NCBI GenBank assembly: GCA_044229845.1
Contig: JBGASG010000002.1
Location: forward strand, 64,001 to 128,000
DNA from: Candidatus Obscuribacteraceae bacterium
Lineage (GTDB): Bacteria > Cyanobacteriota > Vampirovibrionia > Obscuribacterales > Obscuribacteraceae
Reading direction: 5' to 3'
DNA: 64,000 nucleotides
The notes under the pieces were generated by a model. That model had not been told where the DNA came from and made no database searches. It saw only the letters and a program-made list of their open reading frames with translations. A program made the translations under genes and the position numbers. Below are positions 27,923 through 37,696 of this stretch, piece after piece (within the stretch, counting starts at the first letter, position 1; each line of letters opens with the position of its first letter).

Positions 27923-29647
27923 CTAGCGCACAGGAACCAGCGGCAAGGTGAAGTAGAACTGCGCTCCTTTGCCCGGCTCCGACTCCGCCCAGATTCGGCC
28001 GCCGTGAAACTCCACGATCCGCTTGGCGATAGCCAGTCCCATCCCAGTGCCCGGACTTTCGCGCCGCAACTTGCGGAACATCCTGAACATGTCGTGCATC
28101 TCGACCTGCTCGAAACCGATGCCGTTATCCGAAAAACAGAACTGCCAGAAATCATCTATCTGCGTGGCCGAAACTTCCACCTGCGGAACTGCGGATGTGT
28201 TGAACTGCAGTGCGTTTGAGAGCAGTTGCCTGATCAGGGTCGCCAGTTCGCGGTTGTCGCCATGCACCGCGGGTAGTGCCTGATGAGCGATCACGGCGGA
28301 GCGCGATTTGATCACGTCGTCGAGACCGGCAACCACTTTGCCGAACAACTCCTCCATCTCCAGCGGATGAAATCGAATGTGCGGGCGGTCGATGCGAGCA
28401 TACTCCCAGAGATCGTCGACCATGCGCTCGACGGTGTTCGATGCCGTTTTTGCATCGGAGATAAACTCATCGGCGTCGGCACCGAGTTTACCGCGGTAGC
28501 GCGCCGACAGAAGACCCAACTGAGTTTTGACAATCCGCAGCGGCTCTTGCAGCTCGTGCGATACGGTGTAGGCGAGATCCATGAGTGTTTCGTTGGTCTG
28601 CTTGAGTTTCTTCTCGGCAGCATCGCGCTCTGCCAAAATCTCCTGCTCGTGCAACGAGCGACGATAGCTCTCGAAAATGCCGCTACAAGCGCGCAGCAAC
28701 TGCCGCAACGAAGCGCGCTGCTGCTCCGAATAGCCACCCTCGCGATTGGCAATGCCCATGGCGCCCACGACTTCGTCGCCGCGAAAAATCGGCAATCCCA
28801 GGAAGTTGCGCAGCGGCGGATGACCGAGCGGCCGGCGTCCGCTGCGACGCTGATCATTTTCAGGTTCGTTGGTGATCAGCGCGTCTCCGTTCAAAATCGG
28901 CCAGCCGAACAAATTGTCGAGCTGCGGGAAATCGATGTATCCCTTGGTCTCGTAATCGCCAATCACCTTTTCGTAGAGCTCGCGATTTTCAGTTTGCGAC
29001 CAGTTGAAGCCCTCATCCGCAAAGACTCTCAGCGTCACACCATGCGGACCGCCCGGCACCGTCGCCCCGACGAATCCATACTCCGATCCGGTTTCTTTGA
29101 GGGCGAGCAAAATCAACTGACTGCACGCCTCGCGAATGTTGCGTGTGGCAACGAACGCAGAAAGCACGTCGGCAACAGTCGCCATGCGGTGTTCGCTGAC
29201 TCGCAACTCAGCCGTTTTGGTTTGCACTTCATTGCCGAGCTTGAACGTTTCTACCTTGCGATCGTGTATGTCCGAACAGATGCCGAACCACTTGTAGATT
29301 TGATTTTTACGGTCGCGCAGCGGTGAGCCGCGCCCGATGAACCAGCGATATTCGCCGTCGGCGCGACGCAGACGATATTCCACCTCGTAGGGGTTGCCGG
29401 TAGCAAGCGACTCTTTCCAGCGCCGCACACTCTCGTCAAGGTCGTCAGGATGCACGACATTCTGCCAGTCCCAGCCGTTTGTCGAACCGTGCGGCAGACC
29501 GGTAAATCGATACCAGCGCTCGTTGAAATACTCGGCAAAACCGTCTGCACCGGTCACCCAGACCATGGTGGGCACAGTCTCAGCAAGCAGGCGAAAGTGC
29601 TGTTCGCTGTCGATTTCAACCTGGGTCTCAGAACTGTCGAAAAGCAC
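27923..29647 (-). CDS. PAS-GAF sensor histidine kinase
   Basis: PAS/PAC (VHPDD, EYRLRRADGEYRW), GAF (GHPPLRNFLGLPI), H-box SHELQEPL, DNGIG, GTGMGL. Confidence 0.92.
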   Translation of the reverse strand: MLFDSSETQVEIDSEQHFRLLAETVPTMVWVTGADGFAEYFNERWYRFTGLPHGSTNGWDWQNVVHPDDLDESVRRWKESLATGNPYEVEYRLRRADGEYRWFIGRGSPLRDRKNQIYKWFGICSDIHDRKVETFKLGNEVQTKTAELRVSEHRMATVADVLSAFVATRNIREACSQLILLALKETGSEYGFVGATVPGGPHGVTLRVFADEGFNWSQTENRELYEKVIGDYETKGYIDFPQLDNLFGWPILNGDALITNEPENDQRRSGRRPLGHPPLRNFLGLPIFRGDEVVGAMGIANREGGYSEQQRASLRQLLRACSGIFESYRRSLHEQEILAERDAAEKKLKQTNETLMDLAYTVSHELQEPLRIVKTQLGLLSARYRGKLGADADEFISDAKTASNTVERMVDDLWEYARIDRPHIRFHPLEMEELFGKVVAGLDDVIKSRSAVIAHQALPAVHGDNRELATLIRQLLSNALQFNTSAVPQVEVSATQIDDFWQFCFSDNGIGFEQVEMHDMFRMFRKLRRESPGTGMGLAIAKRIVEFHGGRIWAESEPGKGAQFYFTLPLVPVR

Positions 29648-29767
29648 GAAACTCCGCCGCTCACTCGCGGTCTGCCGCTGCTGTTTGCAACTTGGATTCT
29701 ACGATGGAATTTTGTGCCATTGCGTCTCAAATATCAACCTCATGTGAGGATTGATATGCAGGCTAAA

Positions 29768-30040
29768 TCATCTGCTCGATGGCTGCGCGGACGGCGACGG
29801 CGCTGACGACTGCGACTGCGACTGCGACTGCGACTTCGATTTCGATTTCGATTTCGATTGCGCCTCACGCTCACGGGTCCAGCGGCTCCAGGCACTGTCT
29901 TCCTTAGCTCTCAGTGCCGCCCGCCGCGCTTCCTGCTCGTGATCGAGCAGCCCGCGCGCATAATGCCCGCCGATTGCCAGCAGCACCATCATCGCCAGAA
30001 TGGTGGCCATAAACGGAAAATGCTGTCTGAGAAACGACAT
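29768..30040 (-). CDS. Small membrane protein with SK/SQ low-complexity tail
   Basis: One TM helix; tail encoded by 6-bp tandem repeats (gactgc, gatttc). Confidence 0.55.
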   Translation of the reverse strand: MSFLRQHFPFMATILAMMVLLAIGGHYARGLLDHEQEARRAALRAKEDSAWSRWTREREAQSKSKSKSKSQSQSQSQSSAPSPSAQPSSR

Positions 30041-30047
30041 AATTGCC

Positions 30048-30110
30048 TGGTGGCGTATTTCGTGGCGTATTTGGTGGCGTATTTGGTGGCGTATCCGGCG
30101 TATCCGGCGG
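30048..30110. repeat. Short tandem repeat, 4 x 12 bp plus 9-bp units (core GGCGTAT)
   Basis: ggcgtat at 30052, 30064, 30076, 30088, 30097. Confidence 0.85.
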
Positions 30111-30130
30111 ACTTTCCGGCGGCTAGTTTC

Positions 30131-30391
30131 TTAGTGGCAGGTGCCGCAAGATTTGGAGACGCAACTCCCGCAACCGCTCTTACTGCCTTCAATACTGCCG
30201 CCGCCGCTCGATTTGCCGGTGCCCTGACCGTAATCAGGAGTGATACCACCGGTGCGGAAAGTGATATTCCAGATGCGGTTGATATTTTCAGTCCCGCAGT
30301 GGATGCAGCTTTGCTTGGTGCTGTCGCTCATCGAGCGCTCGACGCTGAATTCTTCTCTGCAATCGGCGCACCGATAATCATAACTAGGCAT
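30131..30391 (-). CDS. FmdB-family zinc-ribbon protein
   Basis: MPSYDYRCADC...CIHCG and C-terminal CGSC...CGTC. Confidence 0.9.
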   Translation of the reverse strand: MPSYDYRCADCREEFSVERSMSDSTKQSCIHCGTENINRIWNITFRTGGITPDYGQGTGKSSGGGSIEGSKSGCGSCVSKSCGTCH

Positions 30392-30404
30392 GCGGATCGA
30401 ACTC

Positions 30405-31850
30405 CTAAGGTTTCGTCGCCGGCTCCGCTGTTGAGGTTGGAGCTGGCGTCACCGGCTCTGGTGCCGGCTCGGTTGTCGTGGGTGCCGATGTGGTCGGTGT
30501 ACCTGGGGGTGAACTGCTGCTGTCCGCTGGTGCGGTCGGCGTTGCAGTGGTGGTCGCAGTCCCACCTGGAGGTGTCGAACTCGATGTGCCTGGTGCGTCC
30601 TTGTTCTGTTGCTCCTTGCCCTTTTTCATCTTAAATTCCAGTTCGCCATTCAGCAATGCCCGAACGTCATTAACCATGATCACAGCCATCAAAACGAGCA
30701 GGCTGATAAATCCCCATTTGACGATCTCACCCTGGGCGCGCTCGCCCATCGGGCGTCCGCGCACCGCTTCCACAGCCATGAATGCAAGGTGACCGCCATC
30801 CAATGCCGGCCACGGCACCAGGTTGATAATCGCCAGGTCGAGGCTGATCAGCGCGGTAAACAGGAACAACCCGCGCCAATCGGATGAAAACACGTCCATG
30901 CCGAATTTAACGACGGCCATCACACCGTGCACGTCGCCGATGCCGACAGCCGGCGCGCCCGGCGCCGCGGCTTTGCCGCCCGACATGATGCCCGTGAAAA
31001 CCATGCCGAGGGCACCGATCATTTGACCGGTGAGAAACCACATCTTGTCCCACGCCATGACGGCGACTTCGAAGAAGTTGCCCTGGGGCTTGATGTATTC
31101 CGCTTCGCCGACACCGTCAAGCGCCATGCCGACCTTGCCGGCGGCGTTGGTGGTGACCGGGATGTCTATGCGCTGTTTGTTGCGAATGACATTGAGCACC
31201 ACGCGTTGATTGGCGTGATGACCGAGATAGAGAACAATCTCCTGCGACGACTTCATAGGCACACCGTCGATGGATGGCAGCTCGTCGTTGACCTTCACCC
31301 CGGCTTGCGCCGCAATTTTGTTTTCCGGCGGCAGCGCTTTCACTCCAATCGCCTGATGGTGATCGCCGATGGTGGTGAGCATGGTCAGGATGACGATGTA
31401 GGCGAAAAACACGTTCATGGCGACGCCCGCGACAGCGACCAGCGCACGTTGCCAGATGGGGAATTTCTTGAACGGCTGCAGCGGCACGCCGTAATTTTCT
31501 TCTTTGGCGTTCGACTCATCGCCCAGTTCCGGTATGGCGACGTATCCACCGAGCAGGCAGGCATGAAACCGGAATTCCGTGCCCCACTTGTGACCCATCA
31601 CCCAATATGGACCGAAAGGCAAGCCGAAACCGAACACGGGGGTCTGAAACCCGAACATGCGCGCGACACAGAAGTGACCGCACTCGTGGACGATGATCAG
31701 GGCGCTGAGGACGGCCAGCATCACGAAAATGCCGAGCGTCGATTGTGCCACGACGTTCAGCCCCCATTTGGTGATGCAGTACGCCATGCCGGAAAGCGCC
31801 AAACCGATGAACACTACCAGCATCAGGTAATTGGGTTTCTTATCGCTCAA
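30405..31850 (-). CDS. rseP: Site-2 intramembrane metalloprotease (M50) with PDZ domain
   Basis: HECGH, GGYV, AGVAMN, PDZ segment, NLVPWPALDGGH. Confidence 0.92.
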   Translation of the reverse strand: MSDKKPNYLMLVVFIGLALSGMAYCITKWGLNVVAQSTLGIFVMLAVLSALIIVHECGHFCVARMFGFQTPVFGFGLPFGPYWVMGHKWGTEFRFHACLLGGYVAIPELGDESNAKEENYGVPLQPFKKFPIWQRALVAVAGVAMNVFFAYIVILTMLTTIGDHHQAIGVKALPPENKIAAQAGVKVNDELPSIDGVPMKSSQEIVLYLGHHANQRVVLNVIRNKQRIDIPVTTNAAGKVGMALDGVGEAEYIKPQGNFFEVAVMAWDKMWFLTGQMIGALGMVFTGIMSGGKAAAPGAPAVGIGDVHGVMAVVKFGMDVFSSDWRGLFLFTALISLDLAIINLVPWPALDGGHLAFMAVEAVRGRPMGERAQGEIVKWGFISLLVLMAVIMVNDVRALLNGELEFKMKKGKEQQNKDAPGTSSSTPPGGTATTTATPTAPADSSSSPPGTPTTSAPTTTEPAPEPVTPAPTSTAEPATKP

Positions 31851-32081
31851 GTGAACTTCCTGCCTGTAGATCTAGATATCAAGTACACCCTGGTCTGCTT
31901 GTGTCTATTGTGCCAAATTGTGGTCTGGAAAGGGTCTAAGCGTAAAGACACATTCTCTTCCGTAGGACTAAATCTGCTCGGCTTGGTTCCACTGGCGCAC
32001 CGCGAGGACGCCCCTCTGCGTGTCCCCGCGGCGGACAGCCTTGTCCTTCATCTGGGTGTCCCGTTCATCCCTTTGTTGAAA

Positions 32082-32160
32082 TCAACAGAAGTGTTGAAAG
32101 CCTTTTGCAAATCAAGCCTGCAGAGCGATTCACAGAAAAATCAACACTAGTGTTGATTTT
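32082..32160. promoter_or_regulatory. Two TCAACA-N4-TGTTGA operator-like palindromes
   Basis: 32082-32097 and 32141-32156; the second extends to a perfect 24-bp palindrome (32137-32160). Confidence 0.65.
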
Positions 32161-32537
32161 CACAAGGCCGAGATTGAGACCACCCAAAGTTTTTCCGGCG
32201 GCCTCCAACGTCATGTCACCGCGACGCGGCAAAAAGTCGCCTGCCGGATGCGCCTCATAGCGTGCCTGCGCCAGTTTCGCCCTTCAGGGTCCTGGTTTCC
32301 CCCCTCGCCCAAAGCCCAAAATCCTCTCCCTGTGATGAATTGGGGCTTCTCGTAGTTTCCCCAGTGACATTGCTACTTGCAACTTCTATGCTAGGCCTGC
32401 ACTCTCAAAGACCACGTTAGACCACCCCGAATAAACCGAAAACGCCGCTCCAGAGACCAAGTCCGGAGTCGCGGCGGATTCGACACGCCACAAACTCATC
32501 TCCACACCTCAGCGAACCCGACCACCCCTCCCACCTA

Positions 32538-35519
32538 ATGTCGAATATCTTTAGCGGACTCGAAGATTACCTCGCGAAGAAAGAAGCGGACCTTCCGCCT
32601 GACCAGCGCCCGCTGCAACGCGCCGAGCCGCACCGCGAAAGCAAAGGATTCTTGGGAGAGCTGGGCAATTCTTTCGCCTACAGCCTTATCGAAGACCCGA
32701 TTCGGGCAGTCACCCAAACCGTCGACCAGTTCGCCAACACCAAGATGACGCAGGGCGTCACCTCGGCGTTCGCTTCGGTCGGCATCGAAAAGCCGGGAGC
32801 CCCTACGGGCGCGAGCGATTGGGTCGCGCAGAACCTGGGCGGCGCCGGCGGCATGATCCTCCTTTTCCAGGGCGCGAAAAGCCTGGTCGGCAACCGCGCC
32901 GGCGCATTGTTCGACAAATACGCGCTGGAACCCGGCGTCAAGCCCACGATGTTGCAGTTGTCGCAGCGCGAAGGTCTGGTATCCGGCGTCAGCGGCTTGT
33001 TCTACGGCGGCTTGATGCGCAGCAGCAACGACGCCAACGTCGGCACATCGCAATTCTTCTGGGACCGCGGCAAGCAAGCCGCCGGTGACGGCGCAGTCTT
33101 CTATACATTAGGCGCCACCACTCCATATATCAGTAAGGGTGTGACCTCGGCTTTCAACGGCATCGAACGCTCGACGACACTGCCTGTGGCGCAATTCGGC
33201 AGCTACAATTCCCTTTCCAACCGCCTGTTGACCGGTCTCATCTCAGCAGTACCCGCCGGCACGGTGGCATCCGAAGCTCATGCTCTCCAGGACGGACGCT
33301 GGCTGCCGACCGGCGGCGAATGGCTGAACGCCACCGGGTCGATGGCATTCGTCGGCACCGCTTTTGCCGGTGCTCAGTGGGCCGGCTCGCAGCGCCCCGG
33401 AACTCTATCAACTAATGCACGCTACCTGACCGACAAGATTGGACTGACGACCGAAGCACCGGCGGACGCGCCGGCACAGTTCCGCATCGTCAACGGCAAG
33501 AGTGAATTCGATGCCTTCATGAATGATCTGGCCGCCGGCAAAGAAACAGCCGATGCCCAGATTACTGTCCGCCCACGCCTCAACACTCTCACCGGTTCGA
33601 TTCTGGGCAGCCGCTTCAATTCGTTCGGCGATGCGCGCGCGATTAATCTGGTGCACCGCGGACTGGGCGGACAGCTCACCGCCGCCGAGGTCGCAGGCGC
33701 CGATCTGGTCGCCACCTGCCTGCCCATGGAAGCGACGGCTGCAGCCAAAGACGTGTTGCCTGGAAGAAACTCACCGGACGCCACCGTCGGGGACGGCACC
33801 GCCTTCATTACGCGCGGCGCGCAGAAGCCGTACGACTTCACCGTTTCGACCGAGCCGCTCAAGGTCGCAGACCAGACTTCGCAAGCGCCGGAGTCGTTCG
33901 CACTCGGCAAACGCGTCACCGGTCCTTTTGGAAAAACTCTCGATTCGCGCGTCGACGTCATGGGACAGGAGCTGGCCTCGGGCAGCATCCGCATGAGCTT
34001 CGACATATATGGCGACCGCCTCAACAACTCCATCGGTGCCGCCACCATCAGCACCATCGGTCTGACCACCAATGGCTATCCTTATTTCGAAGTCGGCGTC
34101 GGACTGAAGTCGTGGACCTTGAACGGCGAACCGCTCGTACCCGGTCGCAACTACCTCGACATCAAAGGCTCCGATGTCCTCAACTACAACAATGTCCTCA
34201 ACCTGAGATTGACCCCGGGAGCCAAGTCCGGCAAACTCAGCACTTTCGATTTCCGCTCCGAAAACCTGTTGCCTATCGAGCAACGTTCGTTCAGAGACGC
34301 GCCCGAGGCCCGCATTTCGGTCGACGGCAAACCGCTGGACGCCAATGGCGAACTGCCGGTCGGCGAACCGATCGTCAAACTGGGCGGCCGAGCAGAAGAA
34401 GGTCTGGTCGCCGGACTGACCAGCAAGGTCTTGCCGGAAATCGGCGAAACCACAATGGGCGGCCAATACGGAACAGTCGCGCGCCGCGCCGATGGACGCT
34501 TGATCTTCCGCGCCCGCGGAGGCAATTCATTCCTGAACGGACAACCGATCGCCGATGGCATGGAGATTCCGTTTGCATCGACCGACCGCCTCGTGCTGCC
34601 GGACGGCAAAGTATTGAGAGTGGACAACTATGGTCCGCCGCCGCCGGAGCCGCCGCCGAGAGAGCCGCGCGCACCGAGAGAGCCGCGTGAGCCGCGGGAG
34701 GGTGAACCCCGTGAACCGCGTGAGGGTGAACCACGCGAAGGCGAGCCACGCGAAGGCGAAGTAGTTGAGCCACGGGAAGGCGAGCCGCCCGTATCCGACA
34801 CGCCAGTCACACTGGAAAATGGCGACGTCATTAATCCGCGTACAGGCGAAGTGCTGAAGGAAGGCACTGGCGCTGAAACCGAAGTTAAAACTGCAGTCGA
34901 AGTCGATGGCACCGGCGTCCCGACCATCAAGATCGAAAACGACAACACCGGCAAAGAAACAGTCGTAGAGCCGCCGGTAGAAGTCGTCGAGCGTCCCGTA
35001 GCCGTAGAACCAGTCGAGCGCGTCGAACAACCGCCCGTTGATGCCGCTTCCACAACACCAAACCCGGTTCCGCAAAAGATCATGGGACTCGGCGAAGCCA
35101 AAGTTAACCCCGGCAAAGAGATGGTCACTGACTCCTGGAGCACGGGCATGGAAGCGATGTTGGCCAAAGCCGAGCGCGTGCAACTTCCGGATGGCTCATG
35201 GTATCCGCGCTTCAAGAATGCCAGCGACGCTCGCGACGCAGCTCGCTACTTCGGCAAGATCTTGCAATCGAAACACAGCGATCAAACCATTCGCTTCGGT
35301 CACGGCGAACAAGACGGTGGGTTCGTGCCGATGGTCGATGTCACCACGGTCACAGTGACCAAGGTGGGCAAAGGCATGGCACCGACCAGAACCACCACCA
35401 ATCAATTTGGTGCCCTCACATTCAAACCGGGTGAAGGCGACGTCAGCGTGCAGGTCACACCGCCAGCCGGTCAGCCGAGCGACATGCTGCACGTCAAGAA
35501 ACCCGCAGGCACCCCCTAA
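32538..35519 (+). CDS. Large hypothetical protein: hydrophobic N-terminal helices, FHA-like segments, EPREG repeats
   Basis: 993-aa ORF; NSFLNGQPI...TDRLVL and WTLNGEPL...GSDVL resemble FHA C-terminal halves; no signal peptide. Confidence 0.65.
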   Translation: MSNIFSGLEDYLAKKEADLPPDQRPLQRAEPHRESKGFLGELGNSFAYSLIEDPIRAVTQTVDQFANTKMTQGVTSAFASVGIEKPGAPTGASDWVAQNLGGAGGMILLFQGAKSLVGNRAGALFDKYALEPGVKPTMLQLSQREGLVSGVSGLFYGGLMRSSNDANVGTSQFFWDRGKQAAGDGAVFYTLGATTPYISKGVTSAFNGIERSTTLPVAQFGSYNSLSNRLLTGLISAVPAGTVASEAHALQDGRWLPTGGEWLNATGSMAFVGTAFAGAQWAGSQRPGTLSTNARYLTDKIGLTTEAPADAPAQFRIVNGKSEFDAFMNDLAAGKETADAQITVRPRLNTLTGSILGSRFNSFGDARAINLVHRGLGGQLTAAEVAGADLVATCLPMEATAAAKDVLPGRNSPDATVGDGTAFITRGAQKPYDFTVSTEPLKVADQTSQAPESFALGKRVTGPFGKTLDSRVDVMGQELASGSIRMSFDIYGDRLNNSIGAATISTIGLTTNGYPYFEVGVGLKSWTLNGEPLVPGRNYLDIKGSDVLNYNNVLNLRLTPGAKSGKLSTFDFRSENLLPIEQRSFRDAPEARISVDGKPLDANGELPVGEPIVKLGGRAEEGLVAGLTSKVLPEIGETTMGGQYGTVARRADGRLIFRARGGNSFLNGQPIADGMEIPFASTDRLVLPDGKVLRVDNYGPPPPEPPPREPRAPREPREPREGEPREPREGEPREGEPREGEVVEPREGEPPVSDTPVTLENGDVINPRTGEVLKEGTGAETEVKTAVEVDGTGVPTIKIENDNTGKETVVEPPVEVVERPVAVEPVERVEQPPVDAASTTPNPVPQKIMGLGEAKVNPGKEMVTDSWSTGMEAMLAKAERVQLPDGSWYPRFKNASDARDAARYFGKILQSKHSDQTIRFGHGEQDGGFVPMVDVTTVTVTKVGKGMAPTRTTTNQFGALTFKPGEGDVSVQVTPPAGQPSDMLHVKKPAGTP
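34645..34790 (+). repeat. Intragenic EPR/EPREG peptide repeats
   Basis: EPPPREPRAPREPREPREGEPREPREGEPREGEPREGE. Confidence 0.8.
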
Positions 35520-35525
35520 AACGGG

Positions 35526-37367
35526 TTACTGAATAAACGGCTTCAGCGTCACGTCTTTGAAGTAATGCGACAGTATGTTGGGCGCGTTGTAGCCCTGTTC
35601 GGCGAGCCCTTTGGCACCGTACTGCGACAGCCCCAGCCCGTGCCCGAAGCCGCGTCCCGCAAACACATACGCTTCATTCGCATGACCGACATTGAAACAA
35701 CTGCTCGGCAGACTGAGCATGCCGCGAATCTGTTCACCGGTGATATACGTGGTGCCGCGCGTACCTGTGACCAGCAACATCTTCACCCGCGACGAGTTGC
35801 CACGCGACACAGGAAGAATGGCCAGCAATCCGCCGACATCGCGCTTGGTGCGAGCCAGCGCCGCTTCCAGTTGTCCCACACTCACGGTGCGCGTCCATGT
35901 AAAAAGCGGCGAGCCGTCATCGTAATCAGGCACGGACTTCAGATATGGAACCGGTCTGCTCCAGACATTCTCGGCAGTTTCGGTGCAGCCGCCGCTGGTG
36001 CTGTGGAAGAAAGCCGTCACCACCTTATCGCAGTGGTAAAGCACCAGCCCGCGTGTTTCGGCAACCGCCTGGTTGCTCGATTCCTGTTCGGATTGAACCC
36101 CAGAATAAACCTGATCTTCGATGGTCGGACGTACGTCGAATCCCTGCGAACCGTTCTTGCCGATGTTCGAGATGGCATAAGAGCGAGCCGCGATGGCTTG
36201 CGCTTTCAGCGCTTCCAGCGGCCACGACGAGGGCATCTCGGAAGGCACCACGGACAGCAAGTAGTCTTCCACATCTAACACATTGATGACATTGAAGTTA
36301 TCGGGCGTCTTGACGTTGGCGTTCACCAGCAGCGAACCGCGGTAGAGTTTGCCGTTCACGCCGACCACACCGTCTTCGCCCTGCGGCATAATAAGGTAGC
36401 CGGTCGAACCGAAGTTGCCGGCGCCGCTGCCGGGGCGATTCTGAAATGGCACCAACGGCATCGAGAGGCGCGGCGCCGGGTCACGCATGGTCTCCGGTGC
36501 CCGTTTGAAGTCACCGAACTGCGGCACCGAGGGCGGTGCGGCACTGGGTGCGTAGGCTACCGGTTGGTAATCGGCATTGTTGCGCCGCGCGACGAGCATC
36601 TGGTTGAGGCGGGCATTGCCGCAGCGACCTTCGAACTTGATGCGATTGCCGGCGGCGATGTTGTTGGTCGAGACAGACCAGAAACTTTGCTTGGGCAACT
36701 CAGCGAGCGCTTCGCCGGTGCTCAAATCCACGAGGCGCGCGCCGTCGGGCAAGGAGACATTAACGGAAGAAACGCCTAGCGCCAGCGCTACGCGGATCGC
36801 CGTCTTGCGATTATCGGTCACCGTTGGTGGTGCCATGAGCTCAGCGACAGGCGGCGGACTCATAGGAGCCGGCAGCATCCCGGCACTCTCGGGAGCGACG
36901 GGCATCATACGAGAGCTGAGCGGCATCAAGGCTCCGGCTGAACGCGTCTGGAGCGGCGGGGCGGCAGCCTGAGGCGTTCCGTCCTGCGGACCGGAGTAAA
37001 TGCGCCAGCCGGCGGCTGGTGGCGCCGGTGGTGCACCGACGCTGCCGTACATCAAGGCGTTATTGTTTCCTTGCGCGTTAGCAGCCGCTGCAGCAGCAAA
37101 CATAACGGCGAGCGCGGCCATCGTGTAGCCGCGCATGCGCACCTTCCAAGGATTGACACGCAGTTCGCTGGTCATCGGGCGAGAAAATCTGCGACCCGGC
37201 TCGACGCCCTCAAGCAAGCGAGCAGCACGCCACGAAGGCTTTGCTGTCGCCTCCTCGGCCTCGGTTGCCCGCCTGGTCTCATCATCTAAGACGCCTTGCA
37301 CCGCTGCCAATGCGGCAGCGACCTCATCTTCGTTGGCGTCTTGCGACTCGAAACGAATGTCCCTCAT
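35526..37367 (-). CDS. spoIID: SpoIID/LytB-domain lytic transglycosylase-like protein
   Basis: EDYLLSVVPSEMP..W..EALKAQAIAARSYA, DQVY.G, FHSTSGG.TE, GFGHGLGLSQYGA; alternative start at 37136 gives a signal peptide. Confidence 0.88.
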   Translation of the reverse strand: MRDIRFESQDANEDEVAAALAAVQGVLDDETRRATEAEEATAKPSWRAARLLEGVEPGRRFSRPMTSELRVNPWKVRMRGYTMAALAVMFAAAAAANAQGNNNALMYGSVGAPPAPPAAGWRIYSGPQDGTPQAAAPPLQTRSAGALMPLSSRMMPVAPESAGMLPAPMSPPPVAELMAPPTVTDNRKTAIRVALALGVSSVNVSLPDGARLVDLSTGEALAELPKQSFWSVSTNNIAAGNRIKFEGRCGNARLNQMLVARRNNADYQPVAYAPSAAPPSVPQFGDFKRAPETMRDPAPRLSMPLVPFQNRPGSGAGNFGSTGYLIMPQGEDGVVGVNGKLYRGSLLVNANVKTPDNFNVINVLDVEDYLLSVVPSEMPSSWPLEALKAQAIAARSYAISNIGKNGSQGFDVRPTIEDQVYSGVQSEQESSNQAVAETRGLVLYHCDKVVTAFFHSTSGGCTETAENVWSRPVPYLKSVPDYDDGSPLFTWTRTVSVGQLEAALARTKRDVGGLLAILPVSRGNSSRVKMLLVTGTRGTTYITGEQIRGMLSLPSSCFNVGHANEAYVFAGRGFGHGLGLSQYGAKGLAEQGYNAPNILSHYFKDVTLKPFIQ

Positions 37368-37445
37368 ACAATGGATTATATAGCCCGGCGTTTCTCAATA
37401 AATCATGCCCTTGCCAACAGTACAACTGGCGGTTATCCGCGCTAT

Positions 37446-37690
37446 TTACTTCCCTGCCGGCTGAAAACTGCCGCCGCCGCGACCGTTGAAGACGTTGTAG
37501 TCGAAGGTAAATTGAATGTCGATGTTCTCCGGCGAACCTTGAGGCAAGGGACGAAACGGCGCGGCATTCTGCACCGCCTTCATGGCTGCCTGATCGGCAA
37601 TAGCCACACCGGAAGACTTGTGCAGTTTCAAGTCCGATAACTCACCCTGCGGAAACCATGCTCGCTTGATGCGGCGCTGCAAGTCAGCAC
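37446..37690 (-). pseudogene. Truncated TonB C-terminal domain remnant
   Basis: ADLQRRIKRAWFP/QGELSDLKLHKSSG.AIADQAAMKAVQNAAPFRPLP...IQFTFDYNVF; no N-terminal anchor and the first beta strand appears missing. Confidence 0.6.
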
Positions 37691-37696
37691 TCTCAT

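Noticed and set aside
29989..30249. ORF encoding YATK repeats
   Set aside because: Overlaps the FmdB gene in another frame; the peptide repeat simply reflects the intergenic 12-bp DNA repeat.
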